A program made the translations under genes and the position numbers. A stretch of DNA of 64,000 nt from Peribolospora baueri (lineage: Eukaryota): contig JAMDHS010000004.1 of NCBI GenBank assembly GCA_029717555.1, positions 186,001 to 250,000 of the forward strand, given 5' to 3'. This document shows positions 12,621-23,500 of this stretch, piece by piece; position 1 is the first letter of the stretch; each line of letters begins with the position of its first letter. The notes under the pieces were generated by a model. It had not been told where the DNA came from. It worked only from the letters and a program-made list of their open reading frames with translations, and searched no databases.

Positions 12621-14447
12621 ATGGCGACATCGTCGACAGATAAGCAACCATCCCGTTCGGACGAGAGCGACCACCTGGAAGACGGCGAGATTGTCAGCTA
12701 GGACTCACGAGGACCGAAGATGTCCGTTTGAGTATATGTAGTGTGATTAGTAGTCCTGACGTTTGCCTCTTCGTCTTTTTTTTTCTGTTTTTGCAACCTT
12801 TATGCACGTCGATGGCGTGGCTCAGGCTGAGAAGAGGAAAGATTCTCGGTCTGCCTCCAACGGTGCCCCCCCACCTGCCCTCTCGTACCCGTCTAACGAC
12901 AACTACGCCCCGTTGCATCCAGACCTTACTGCAGAACCAGAATGGGATGCTTTAGACGAAGGGTTGTATGCTGGGGATGACTACGAAAACACGAACGACG
13001 TCCAGCTGCGTTTGGTCAAGATCGAGTCCGACGTGCTGCCCGCATCGCAGACGGTCGCAATCATCGACTCCAGGGAGGAGGGCGTTTCCATTGTGAGTGA
13101 TGCTTTTCTTGATACATGCCACCGCACGCTGTTTCTGAGTGTGCATCTACGCATTCTGATCAATCTACTTTTCTTTTTCAGGGCCGGGATCGAACGTTCG
13201 CAGCCAGGATCAGGCTACCAGTCATGCTCGTCTCGAAACACCATGCCAACGTTTTCTTCGTTTGCCCCTCCGGCGCAGTGCCTAGCACCGGCACTTCCTC
13301 TTCCGCGAGCTCTCAAGGACATTTTGCCATCGTGGACACAGGTTCTACCCATGGCACGTTCGTCCTCTCTTCTTCCGCGCGCCCTCTTCTGCCATCGACT
13401 TCGGCTTCCGACAATATCCCACCGGTCCAGTCGTTCAGTCGGTTGTCCAAGCCAAAGGTCTCTTCTCCGCCGACTGTTCTATCTCATCTGGATCTCATAC
13501 GTGTTGGCAACACGACGTTCGAGGCGCACATCCATACCAAGTGGCCATTAGCGTGCAGCGCATGCGCTATCTCCGGAGATGGATCGAATGAGATCCCCCT
13601 CTTCGCAAGCGGGAGAAAGGGGGAGGCGAAGAAGAAAGCAGCGGACGCCAAGTTCGTTGACGGGAAACCGTCTTTGCCGGCCTCGTCAGCCGGCAACGGA
13701 ACCGTCATCGGGACGAAGCGCGAGCGACCGCCAGAGATGGACCGTAAAGTGGAGAGCGAGGTGGAGAGACGTCGGCAGATGAAGCTTCTTCGCTCTCAAT
13801 ACCTTTCCGCTCCATCGTCATCCTCCGCGTCGTCGGCCAAAGGTAATGGCAAGGCACCAGCGTCGGCGGCCCATGTCAGCGCTGTTACTGGCCATGACAG
13901 GGAGTCCACAACGTCGACGACGACGACGACGAGAAAGTACATCGATCGAGCTGCCTTGCGACGTCAAATATACCCTCAAGGTCATTCGCTTCCTCCTCCG
14001 TCGTCTTCGCCTTCAATAACGGCCACGCTCGGCGGCGGCGGCGTGTCCCTAAGCGCGGAACCGACGGCTCCTGGAGCGAGCATGCGTCCACCGGGTCCGC
14101 CTCGACAGCTAGACTCGACTAACGCAGGCCACCGCATGTTGACAAGCATGGGCTGGGCGGGCGCCGGTACACCTCTCGGTCGCACAGGAGTGGATGGTGC
14201 CCCCGCCGGGCGTGCGGAGCTGATCCAGGTTTGGGGTACGGAGTCAAAGGCGGGATTGGGAAGCGCCGTTGCACGTGTGGCCGCTGCCGCCGTAACTTCT
14301 AGTGGCACGAACGCGGACTCTGCTCCGGTGAGGAGGACTGGCAATCCAGGAGAAGATTTCAGGGAGGGCGTGAAGGATATGAGTAGAAGACGGTATGAGG
14401 AGATGATGAGGCGAGCGGCTGCGGAGGGTGAAGGTACTAAAGGGTAG
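12621..14447 (+). CDS. FHA + G-patch domain protein (AGGF1-like), about 3 exons; possible alternative start at 12594
   Basis: FHA motifs GRDR...VSKHHA...DTGSTHGT...DLIRVGNTTF; YIDRAALRR; G-patch LDSTNAGHRMLTSMGW...GTPLG...KAGLG. Confidence 0.8.
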
Positions 14448-14964
14448 GAGGGCGACGGGAAAGTGTGGATTCTTGTGATTGCTTGTAAGCGAAGGCCGTG
14501 CTCAAGGCTGTCGTACCTAAGACCTTTCCTCCAGTTTGGTTAGAGTACACATACATTTCCCTGCAAAGCAGTTGACCACCTCGTGGAACGGCGAGGCAGA
14601 TGGGAGGGAAGAGAGCCTGTGGAACCCGATGGGGAATAGGGATGGCAAGGATCGGAGGCCATCGAAAAAGGGGTATGTACTGATAGGAACCCTCTCGAGA
14701 CGGACAGGTGCTTGAGCTTGGACGACCACTCTCGGCCACGGCTGGGACTCGACGGATGTCTGTGCGACGTGACGTCGGCCCGCTTTGGCGGCTCGACGCG
14801 CCCTTCGATTACCTTCTACAAACCCGTCAGGCACATTCCGAACAGAAAAGGGCGCTTCGTGCCGTCCGTCGTCGAGCATGCCGCCCTGGCGTACCTTTTG
14901 GCCTTCTTCAATCCCCCCGTCGCCAGTCGCCAGAGTTTTCACCTCCTCTGCATGGGCCGCGAAG

Positions 14965-16561
14965 ATGGCACTGACCGGCTGGCACGCGTTCCTGACCTCG
15001 GTTTGCCTACTTCTTTCCGCCCCTCCCATTGCGATTGCATCCCCCTCACCCTCCTCACCCTCTCTCATCTCCTCACCACGGGTTCCCGCCCATGCGCACT
15101 CTCCCATCATTCCACGGAATGTCCTGCATGATCCCACCGCCGTATGCTTCCTCGATGTGCGGCCGGACCAGCTCAACGCAACGCAGAGGAAGGGCTTCCT
15201 CACCCTCGACAACTGCAGGACCAGTTTGGGCAGATTGGAGGACAGCATTCTGTTTGGTGGGCTGGACTCCCGATCGCTGATTTGGCTTGCGTGCTGGCCC
15301 TTGAAGCGGTCCGGAGATGGTCGTCATAGCGCCGTCCGCGTCTCACCTATGTATCTATCTATTCGCTCGCTGATATAGGTATCGTCGAGCGTGGCCAGTT
15401 TGCGCTCAATCAAGTGGTGTACGAACCCGTCGCTGCAGGCAATCATACCTGGCTCGATTGGCTACTGGCGGAGACGCAGAAGTTTCAAGGTGAGGAAGCG
15501 GCCCTGCCCCGGCGGCGCACGTACCTTCAGGGCAAGGTGAACATCGGTCCGTGTCGCTCACCGTTTCTCTTCCTTTGTTATGTGTCTCGTCTCTGTGTCT
15601 TTAGCTCGCATTCGCAACTCTGAAAGGTGCGGCGCACTCCACAGGGACGCCGTTCTCGTTGCGACCCGTTGAGTTGACAATACCGTTCTTTTATCCGTGC
15701 GCCTCCCCTTCCATCGTCTGCAGCTCTCCGCCTCTTGAGGCCGCCCCCCAACCATCCACCTCACTGACAAACGTCAACACGACCCTCATCCAGTACTACA
15801 CGTCTCATTTCCTTCCGGAAATCGTTCGCAAAATGTCGTCTTCCTCTCACAACAGCACCAGCAGTAGCAGGGGAAGCAAAGGAAAAGATGGGACGCGGTC
15901 CGACGATGACGGGCTGTATCTCGAGAGCGGGGAGATAGACGTGAGGGTGCTCCTGGACCTTGCCGCGAGGATGCGGTGTGGTGAGCACCGTTCAAGCGCC
16001 CGCTTTCAAAGGTCACGGGTTACCAGGTCTCTTTGCTTGACGTCGCCTTCCCACCTCGTTGGGTAATACCTCCTCTCTTCCCATCCTTCGCCCAGGCTCC
16101 TTCGTAGCGGAGACTAAATTCCTCTCCTCTCCAGCCACCTATGTACCCCCCATCCGCGCTAGGAACTACAGCGCCCTTTGGGACCTCATTACGAACACGC
16201 CCGTCGAGCAGGCGGAGGTGGTTGCTGTGCGCCGGAAGATGGGCCTTTACGGGAAGGACCTCGCCTCTTTGGACGCCGCGACTTCCGCGGGGGCTGCTAG
16301 AGCTGCGAATAGGACGCAGGATAGGATGGATGGGGCGGCGCGGTTGTACAGTGAATATATCATCCCCGTCACCAAGGACGTTGAGGTGCAGTGGCTCCTA
16401 CAGCGGTGAGTGCTTCGATTATATGTCCTCTTGGTCGTTTGCGTGCTTGCGCCGGGGCCCCATCGTGACTTGGTTTCCGGTTCGCGTCACTCAGGCTCGA
16501 CCACCTCTCCAAGAATCAGATTGCAGCCCTCGCCCGCAACGATACGAGCGTCCTCCCTTGA
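14965..16561 (+). CDS. Secreted chorismate mutase (AroQ, eukaryotic Aro7 fold; Cmu1-like effector candidate); 6 exons (14965-15256, 15379-15489, 15605-15626, 15724-15980, 16096-16405, 16495-16561), 352 aa
   Basis: Exon total 1059 nt, in frame; signal peptide MALTGWHAFLTSVCLLLSAPPIAIA; Aro7-like blocks LDNCRTSLGRLEDSILFGIVERGQF, WLDWLLAETQKFQARIR, NVNTTLIQYYTSHFLP, DVRVLLDLAARMRCGSFVAETKF, ITNTPVE, LYSEYIIPVTKDVEVQWLLQRLD. Confidence 0.88.
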
Positions 16562-17053
16562 CAGAGGCCCTGAAGTTGCCAGACGAGCAGAATTCTTGCA
16601 AGCGTAAATTACCCTGTTGTCCTGCCGAGTGTATACGTAAATTCGCAATGTGTGCGCCCGGTGTCATTGGCAGAAAGACGTTGCACGTTGAAGCGGGTAC
16701 GATCCGGATCCATTTCGCGCTACACCACCCGATCGATGGCGTGCTCGGAGACAAAAGTCGTAACTTGACACACGCCTTATGATAACATGACCAGATTGAG
16801 CCAGCATTCTCCTCCTTTCGTGCGCTCTTGTGTAACTTGGATCGTCGGCCAAGTTCCTAGCTGCCGGCGTATATACCCGTGGCTTTCGGCCGTCCTTCCT
16901 CTGCGCCCATCCTTTGTGTTCCTGGCTGGCTGGCTGCTCTTCTCTGCAGGTCCCAGGAGAGCTTCGTTCTTCCCCTTTCCCGTCACTTGTCCGGCCTTCC
17001 AGCATCTGCCACCGACCTTGGCGAACACCGTTGACGGCTGAAAGCCCTTCATC

Positions 17054-20000
17054 ATGGCTGGCAAGCCCCCTTCATTTACCTCTATGAAGGCGGAGCGACC
17101 CGACAAGAGGAGTGAGGGTGAGCCTGCGACGGCGAGGCCTATCTCTTCCCCAGACGATATCGAGGATGGGGCGAAGGAAAAAAGGCGGGAAAACGTCCTG
17201 GAGCCTCCGCCATTACAGCGAAAGCTTAAAAGCAGGCATTTGACTATGATTTCGTGAGTGCGGCCACCATTGCGCCATGGCGGTGAACCGCCGCTTGGTT
17301 TACAAGAGAATAGAGACAGACACGAAGCTAAAGGGACCTCGGCCCCCTTTCTTCTTGCGACCTCTTCGCTTCAACAGCATCGGAGGGTGAGCGAGCGAAC
17401 TCCGGTGTCTCCGTCTGCTTTATAAAGGAGAGCGTTAAGGTACTCATATTGACGTTCGCTTCTCTCGACATGTCGAAGGATCATCGGTCCGGGTCTTCTT
17501 GTCGGTGCTGGAAGTGCCCTGGCCACCGCCGGACCGGCCGGCGCTCTCATCGCCTTCGCGGTCACCGGCCTGATCATCTTGTGAGTGGGCTCCCTCGACA
17601 GGAACCCGCTGGAGATTGCGACGTGGGTAACCCTTCGTACGAATCGTCTTGTTTATGTAATCAGCAACGTCATGCAGAGTCTTGGTGCGTCCCTCCTCTC
17701 GCAGCACATAGTGCTCTTTTTTTTTGGTCATCCAGCGTGGCCACGACTGATCGCTGGCCGTTCCTTCTCGCTTCCAGGCGAATTGTCCACCCTATACCCT
17801 ATCTCCGGCTCGTTCACCACGTATGCTTTCCGATTCGTCGACCCGGCTCTCGCCTTTGCGTTGGGTTGGATTTATTGGGAGGTTAGTATTCTAATAGTCC
17901 ATATTTGAATGCTGGTTTTAAGGCTGATTGACGTACCCATACCCTTCTCGGCTTCATCATCCTTCGCCGCTCTCCATCGCACCGACCGACTTTCGAACAC
18001 AGCTCTGGATTTCGGTGCTGGCTAACGAACTCAACTCTGTCGCGCTCGTGCTCCAATATTGGCCTGGAGGTAAAGTCGTGCCGCTCGGAGCTTGGATAGC
18101 CATCTTTTGGGTCATTTTCTTGGGATTCTCCCTTCTGGGGTGAGTGTCACGTTTTCCGTTCGTCGCTTTCTGCCGTTGCAGGCTTGTCTGGCAGCCCAGA
18201 CAACTATAATTTGGATTTTCTGGCCCGGATATCATGCGATACTAAATTTAACTCTCTTTGACCAATGGTCCGACGCTCCTCTTCCCTCTTTCAGCGTCCT
18301 CGCGTATGGCGAAGTCGAGTTCTGGCTCTCGACACTCAAAATCCTGGCGATATTTATATTCTTCATTATATCCATTGTCATCAACGTTGGAGGGACTAGC
18401 GGGGCTGTAGAGCCCGGATATATCGGCTTCCGATATTGGGGAGATCCGGGGCCTTTCGTAAGTGATGGAAAGAGGGCAATGGGGAGCGAAGCGAATCAGA
18501 TGCTTTGACCTTGGTGCCTATCGACTGACGGTTGCTGGAGCTTTCTTACGACGGGCTTTACAGGCTGACGGGATCAACGGCGTAGCGAAGATTTTCGTCA
18601 TATCCGGCACGCTCTACGCCGGTTGTGAGATGGTGGGGGTAGCCTCAGGTGAACAACCCGCTTTCGTCTACATTTCCATCCCCCTTGTCGTCACTTCGAC
18701 CGTCCTGACCTAGGACAAACGCTTTCCCTTGCCCGTCGCGAAGGCGAATCAACCAACCCACGTAGCGCGGTTCCCAAAGCTATTCGGTCGGTCATATATC
18801 GTATCCTGTTCTTCTACCTAGGTACAATTTTCTTCATCGGTATCAATATTCGTGAGTGTTCTCCGTGGCAGTGTCATACTTTCTTGTCTATTTCCGAGCA
18901 GCGACGAGCGTTTCTGCTAACATTTCGCTTTGCGTTGCTTTCTCGACCTCCAGCTTACAACAACACTGACCTCGTCAGCGCAAAGACCAAGACGGGCGCT
19001 AGTCCCTTCACGATTGCGCTTCGCAACGCTGGTATCAACGTGGCCGCGAGCATCATGAATTCCGTGATTATCATATCCGTCATTAGCGCAGGGTGAGTTA
19101 TCTTTAAAGAATATATGTGCGTGTGCGATCGTCGATGCCAAGTTCCTTCCGTCAATTTTACGAAATCACTCTTGTCCCTGGCATGTCCAGCAATTCTTCC
19201 CTCTACGTGGCTTCTCGTATTCTCTGCTCCATGGGCCGCGAAGGCCGCGCCCCCCGTTTCTTCGCACACACCACCCGGACAGGTGTGCCCGTCCGGGCGC
19301 TCGTCTTTTCCAATGCTGTCGCGCTTATCAGCCTGCTTAACGTGAACGCGGGCGCGGGCAAGGTGTTCACGTATCTGATGGACATCAGCGGCGTCTCGAC
19401 GTTTATCACTTGGGCCGGTAAGTGGACGATGCTGTCGGGTGACCGGAATAGGCCTCGTCGCGCGCACGGGCAAGCGCTTTCGAAATGCACCTGCGCTGAC
19501 GATCGTTCTCTTCCCACTTATTTCTCCTGTTCGGTTTTCGGTCCTCGTTTCGGTCACTGCCGTTTCATCGCAGTCATCGCCCTTTGTCACATTCGCTTCC
19601 GACGCGCATGGAAGGCCCAAGGTCGGAGTCTCGATGAACTGCCCTTCAAAGCATTGTGGTACCCCTATGGGGCCTATTTTGCTCTCGCCGCGAATATCTT
19701 TTTGTGCTTCTTTCAGGTGAGTTGTAGCGAATTGAGGGAAGGAGTGGCGGGGTGCAAGAATGTGTTGACCAGACGTGCTAACTACTTCAACATTGGACTT
19801 TGTCCCTTTCTTCGTTGCCCGTTCTTCGTTGCCCGGGCGCTATTCTTGTTTTCATTGTTCCGCATCACAGGGTTACACTTCCTTCCTGACACCCTTCTCC
19901 GCCGTCGACTTTGTAGTTTCCTACATCGTCCTACCGGTTTTCCTCTTTCTATATGTCGGTTGGAAGGTCTATCACCGAACTCGAATCGTCCAACTGGACG

Positions 20001-20245
20001 AGGTAGATCTTGACATAGATAAGCGGGAGGCAAAGGCAGCGAGCGCGGTAGGAGGAGGGGATGGGCTCGGGTCGCCGTCGGAGATGGGGAAGAGGGATAG
20101 GAAAGGGGACGAAGAAGTGAAGGAGGGTGAAGCAGACGGAGGCAGCCAGTTACGGACGGCGCCGGAGGTGGGTGGGGACTGGCAAAGTCGAAATCCGAAG
20201 TGGTGGAGGACCGGGATCAGTTGGGTAGGCCGGGCTATCGCTTGA
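17054..20245 (+). CDS. Amino-acid permease (APC superfamily, YAT family), many exons including micro-exons
   Basis: LQRKLKSRHLTMIS|IG|GIIGPGLLVGAG, GELSTLYPISGSF, YGEVEFWLS, IGFRYWGDPGPF, YAGCEMVGVASGE, NSSLYVASR, FRRAWKAQG. Confidence 0.93.
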
Positions 20246-20593
20246 GTGGACGATATTTGGCTGTCCAGGGATTGGGAAACAAAAGCATCAAGAGAGATGT
20301 AGGCCGTCCGTCTATGTGTAATGCGAATCTTATTGGCGACAAACTTGGAGGCAACTACCCTCAACACGGACAAAGCCCGAACGCAACAAAGGTCAATGGA
20401 GGAACAAGGAGAACCGGAGACAAGTACATGGAGAAAGCGAAGGGAACAAGGCGAGAAGCTCAAAGGGTATGGTAGGGTGGGTTTGACGAGAGAAGTGAAC
20501 GTTCATCGAAGATAGCGAGAAACGGTATGGACGACGACAGCGTGTCGGGGTGAGTATCTGTCGCGGCTCTGGATGGATCGTTTGTCTGCACGT

Positions 20594-23500
20594 TTACCTC
20601 ACCCTCCCGCGCGCAGCCGGCTCTGCAGGTTCTCGGTTCCGTAGCGTCCCCACCTTGTGCAGGTTCCGGACAGAGGGGGAAGCGTTTCGCTCGGTCGACG
20701 GCTTTTCGGGTGAGAGCAGACGCGTCTTCGTCCGGTTGACTGAATGGGAGGCTTAAGGTGACACCGCAAAAAAATGTCAGTCGCGATGATGCACCAAGGA
20801 CGGCTACGGGGACAAAAAGCAGAGCCAAGATAATGCTTACCTTGGAGCATCTGTAAATCACTCTCAATAGTCTTTCTTCGGTCACGCCTGTCTTTAAAGG
20901 ACATGTTTGGTCCAATGGGCAGAGGTACCGGCTTATCAGCTCCGAGGTAAGGGCTGCTGGGAGTGCCAGGTGTGTAACCAAACTTGGTGGGAGAGGAAGG
21001 AACACTGGAGGCAGGCGTTCGGTTGAACAGGTGCCGACCATGGTAAGGTGACGAGGCGACGTCCACAAGGGAGTTGGTCCGGGAATGAGTGCGATTAAGT
21101 TCACTCAGGGGGCTGGTGACCGGCGTCTTTGAACGTTCCTTGCCGAGGTCGCTCTTTGCTGGCCTGCTCAGTGGGCTTGAGACCGGCGTCTTCGAACGTT
21201 CCTTGCTGAGATCGCTCAGTGAGCCAAGGCTTGACTTCACTTCCGTGCATGTGGGATTCTCAGGCTCCTTGATGTGATCGTTCTCCAGATTGGCGCCTCC
21301 CGTATCCGGGTAATCAACATTTTCACGCTCTTCGCGCTCCTTGAAGATCTCGCTCTCCAGGCTGCGAGCCGTGGGCCGTGATCCGTCCGCCCCCTCGTGC
21401 TCCGTCCGTTCCTTGGCGAGAGCGCTCTCAAGGTTTCGAATAGCGGCCTTCTGCTCGTCGATGGTCTGCTGCAGGTCAGCAACGATCTCCATGTGTTGAG
21501 CGACGGTCTGCTTTTCGGCCGGAGTGGTTTCAGGGGTCTTGGTCGTCGAACCGGGAGGCTCTCTGCTCTTGATGATGAGCTTCAGAAGCCTATTCGCCTC
21601 GCGCTCTTGGTTCGCGACCGCTACCGCTTCGTCCCTCTCCTTCGCCCGGGCCTTGGCCTTTTGAACTGCCGCGTCTCGCGCCTTGGTGACCTCTTCAAAA
21701 AGGCCCTCTAGTTCGGACAGCAAGCTCTCCTTCTTCTCCACCACCGCCTTTGCTTGCTCGTTTGCGTCCAACGCTGCTGTGAGGTCCTCCTTGACCTCAG
21801 CCAGCTCCGCTACAAGCTCGCGTACCTGGCCGTGCTTTGCGGTCAACTCGTTCGTACGAGCCGTCAGCACATTCTGGATGGCATTACGCGCTGCGCAAGC
21901 TTCTGTAAGCTGGCCGCGCACGGTACCGAGCTCGTTCTGGAGCTTGTTGAGCTCCTCGTCATGATTGACTGCAAGCTTGCTGAGTTCTTCGGCGTGGTCG
22001 TCCCGAACCTTCTTGAGCTCTGCCTTACTGTCGCTTTGAAACTTGTTGAGCTCAGCCGCGTGATTCGTCTTAAGCTTCTTTAAGTCTTCATCACGGTCGG
22101 TTTGGATTTTCTTGAGCTCTTTTTCGTGGCCGGTCCGGAGCAGCGTAACTTCATCGTGGTTCTCGTTGCGTAGTTGCGTGAGGGCCTCCTGGTGATCGGT
22201 GCGGAAATTCTCCAGCTCGGCCTGATGGTCTTCTCGTAATTTCGTGAGCTCGTCCTCGTGGTCACTCCGCAGCTTCTGGAGCTCTGCCTCGTGACGGATC
22301 GCGGCGTCTCTCGAGCTCTCTTCGCTCGAACGTCGATTTGCGTCCCGCTCAGCGCAAGCTTCCAGGTGTTGTGACCGTATCGCCTCTAGCTCAGCCTGGA
22401 GCTCCTTCATCTTCTCCTCCTTCTGGGCCTGAGACGCACAGGCCGCCGTGAGCTCAGCGCGGACTGCATCCAGCTCGGCCTGGACCTCCTTGACCTCCTT
22501 TTGGTGTCGAGCGTCGGAGGTGCTGGCTTCCTCCTCCAAAGATTTGGCCGCGTCTCGGGCGGCATACGCTTCGGTGAGCTTAGTCTGGACCATTTCCAGC
22601 TCCTCGCGTGGTTTCTTGAGTGCTTCCTCGTGATCGGACTGGAGCTTTTTGAGCTCCCCCTCGTGTTGCTTCTTCAGCTCCTCTTCCCGTCGAGACGCAG
22701 AGGCTTCCGTCTCTGCGAGGGATTGTTGGGCTGCGTCACGAGCGGTGCTCGCTTCCGCAATCTGAGCGCGGAGCCTGTCAAGCTCCTTCTCTCCTTCAGC
22801 ATTGGGAGCGTTCGAGACCTCAAGAGATCGGCGAGAGGCGTCTCGTTCAGTGCAAGCTTCGGCCAGCCGAGCGCGGACGGTGTCCAGCTCTTCCTGAAGG
22901 CTCTTGAGCTGTCCTTCATGCTCGGCGTGCGCCTCGTTCGGGCTCTCCGCAACCGACTGGTTCGCAGCATCACGGGCGGCACAGGCCTCCGTGAGCTGTA
23001 CGCGCATCGCCTCCAGCTGCTTCCGCAGCTCGTCGAGCTCTGACCGGAGCTGCTCAAGCTCTTCGTGCCGGGCATCAGCGGTGCCAGACGCCTCCCTGAG
23101 CTGAGTACGCACAGTGTCCAGCTCGTTCTGCAGCTTCTTGACCTCCAGCTCTGTCTGCAGCTTCCGGAGCTCTTCCTCCCGTCGCTCGACGTCGATGTCG
23201 GGGCTACTATCCCCCTCTCCATGGCTGCTGCTATACACCCTCCTAGCGGGAGAGTTAACTGGGTTGTTTCCGAGTCCCAAGCTCAAGCCCATGTGGCTCA
23301 AACTCTTCCTCCCGCATTTGAGGGCAGGCGACACCCCTACCGATTGTAATGCGGCGTCCGAGTTTCCGCTGCGCCGACGGGAGGCCTCGACCTCTTGAGA
23401 GGTAAGGAAGAGCTTGGTAAGTGCGGAGATTTGCTGGCGCAGAGACTTTTGCTGTCCTAGCATCGCTTCGTATTCCTCTTCGGCCTGAGGGCAAAGACGG

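Noticed and set aside
19418..19573. 156-nt in-frame, stop-free intron in the amino-acid permease
   Set aside because: Stop-free 3n introns are common by chance in GC-rich DNA; retention would interrupt a TM helix.
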